Assembly: GCA_003971905.1 (NCBI GenBank)
Contig: RSEE01000002.1
Coordinates: 1,054,001 to 1,118,000 of the forward strand
Length of the DNA stretch: 64,000 nt
Source: Moniliella sp. 'wahieum'
Taxonomy: Eukaryota
Reading direction: 5' to 3'
Under the pieces are notes generated by a model that worked only from the letters and a program-made list of their open reading frames with translations, searched no databases and was not told where the DNA came from. Below are positions 63,961 to 64,000 of this stretch, in pieces; positions within the stretch are counted from its first letter, which is position 1, and every line of letters begins with the position of its first letter. A program made the position numbers and the translations under genes.

Positions 63961-64000
63961 GGGGTCAGCCGTTAAGTGGGTTAATGATGGCAGCGTCCCC

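Noticed and set aside
229..63975. Numerous long antisense or alternate-frame ORFs (e.g. 10909-11802, 24509-25423, 63166-63975)
   Set aside because: Shadow ORFs expected in GC-rich coding DNA; they overlap better-supported genes.

Overview
Gene-dense window from a fungal (basidiomycete-type) nuclear genome. Evidence for this: short GT-AG introns with CTRAC-type branch points and a DUF6534-type membrane protein. About two dozen protein-coding loci are present, mostly housekeeping: aspartokinase, a DH-PH-FYVE RhoGEF, DBP5, an Ady2/Gpr1 transporter, HRD3/SEL1, an EH-like protein, a lysophospholipid acyltransferase, mitoribosomal bL35m and mL53, NDUFA11-like, SEC12, ERV29, PAB2, TAF8-like, GHITM/BI-1 and an HSF-domain factor. 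There is also a tRNA-Thr(CGT) gene and a young, internally deleted Ty3/Gypsy chromovirus (57409-60939, TSD ATACC). Most CDSs contain small indels, most simply explained as unpolished long-read errors, so CDS ends are approximate. The most notable items not resolved by the ORF track are: two tandem, intron-split metallothionein-like genes; a 7-nt micro-exon; an LTR element inserted about 20 bp upstream of a membrane-protein ATG; and recurrent intergenic 7-bp-period arrays built from palindromic hexamers. All family assignments come from motif recognition by eye; no database searches were run.
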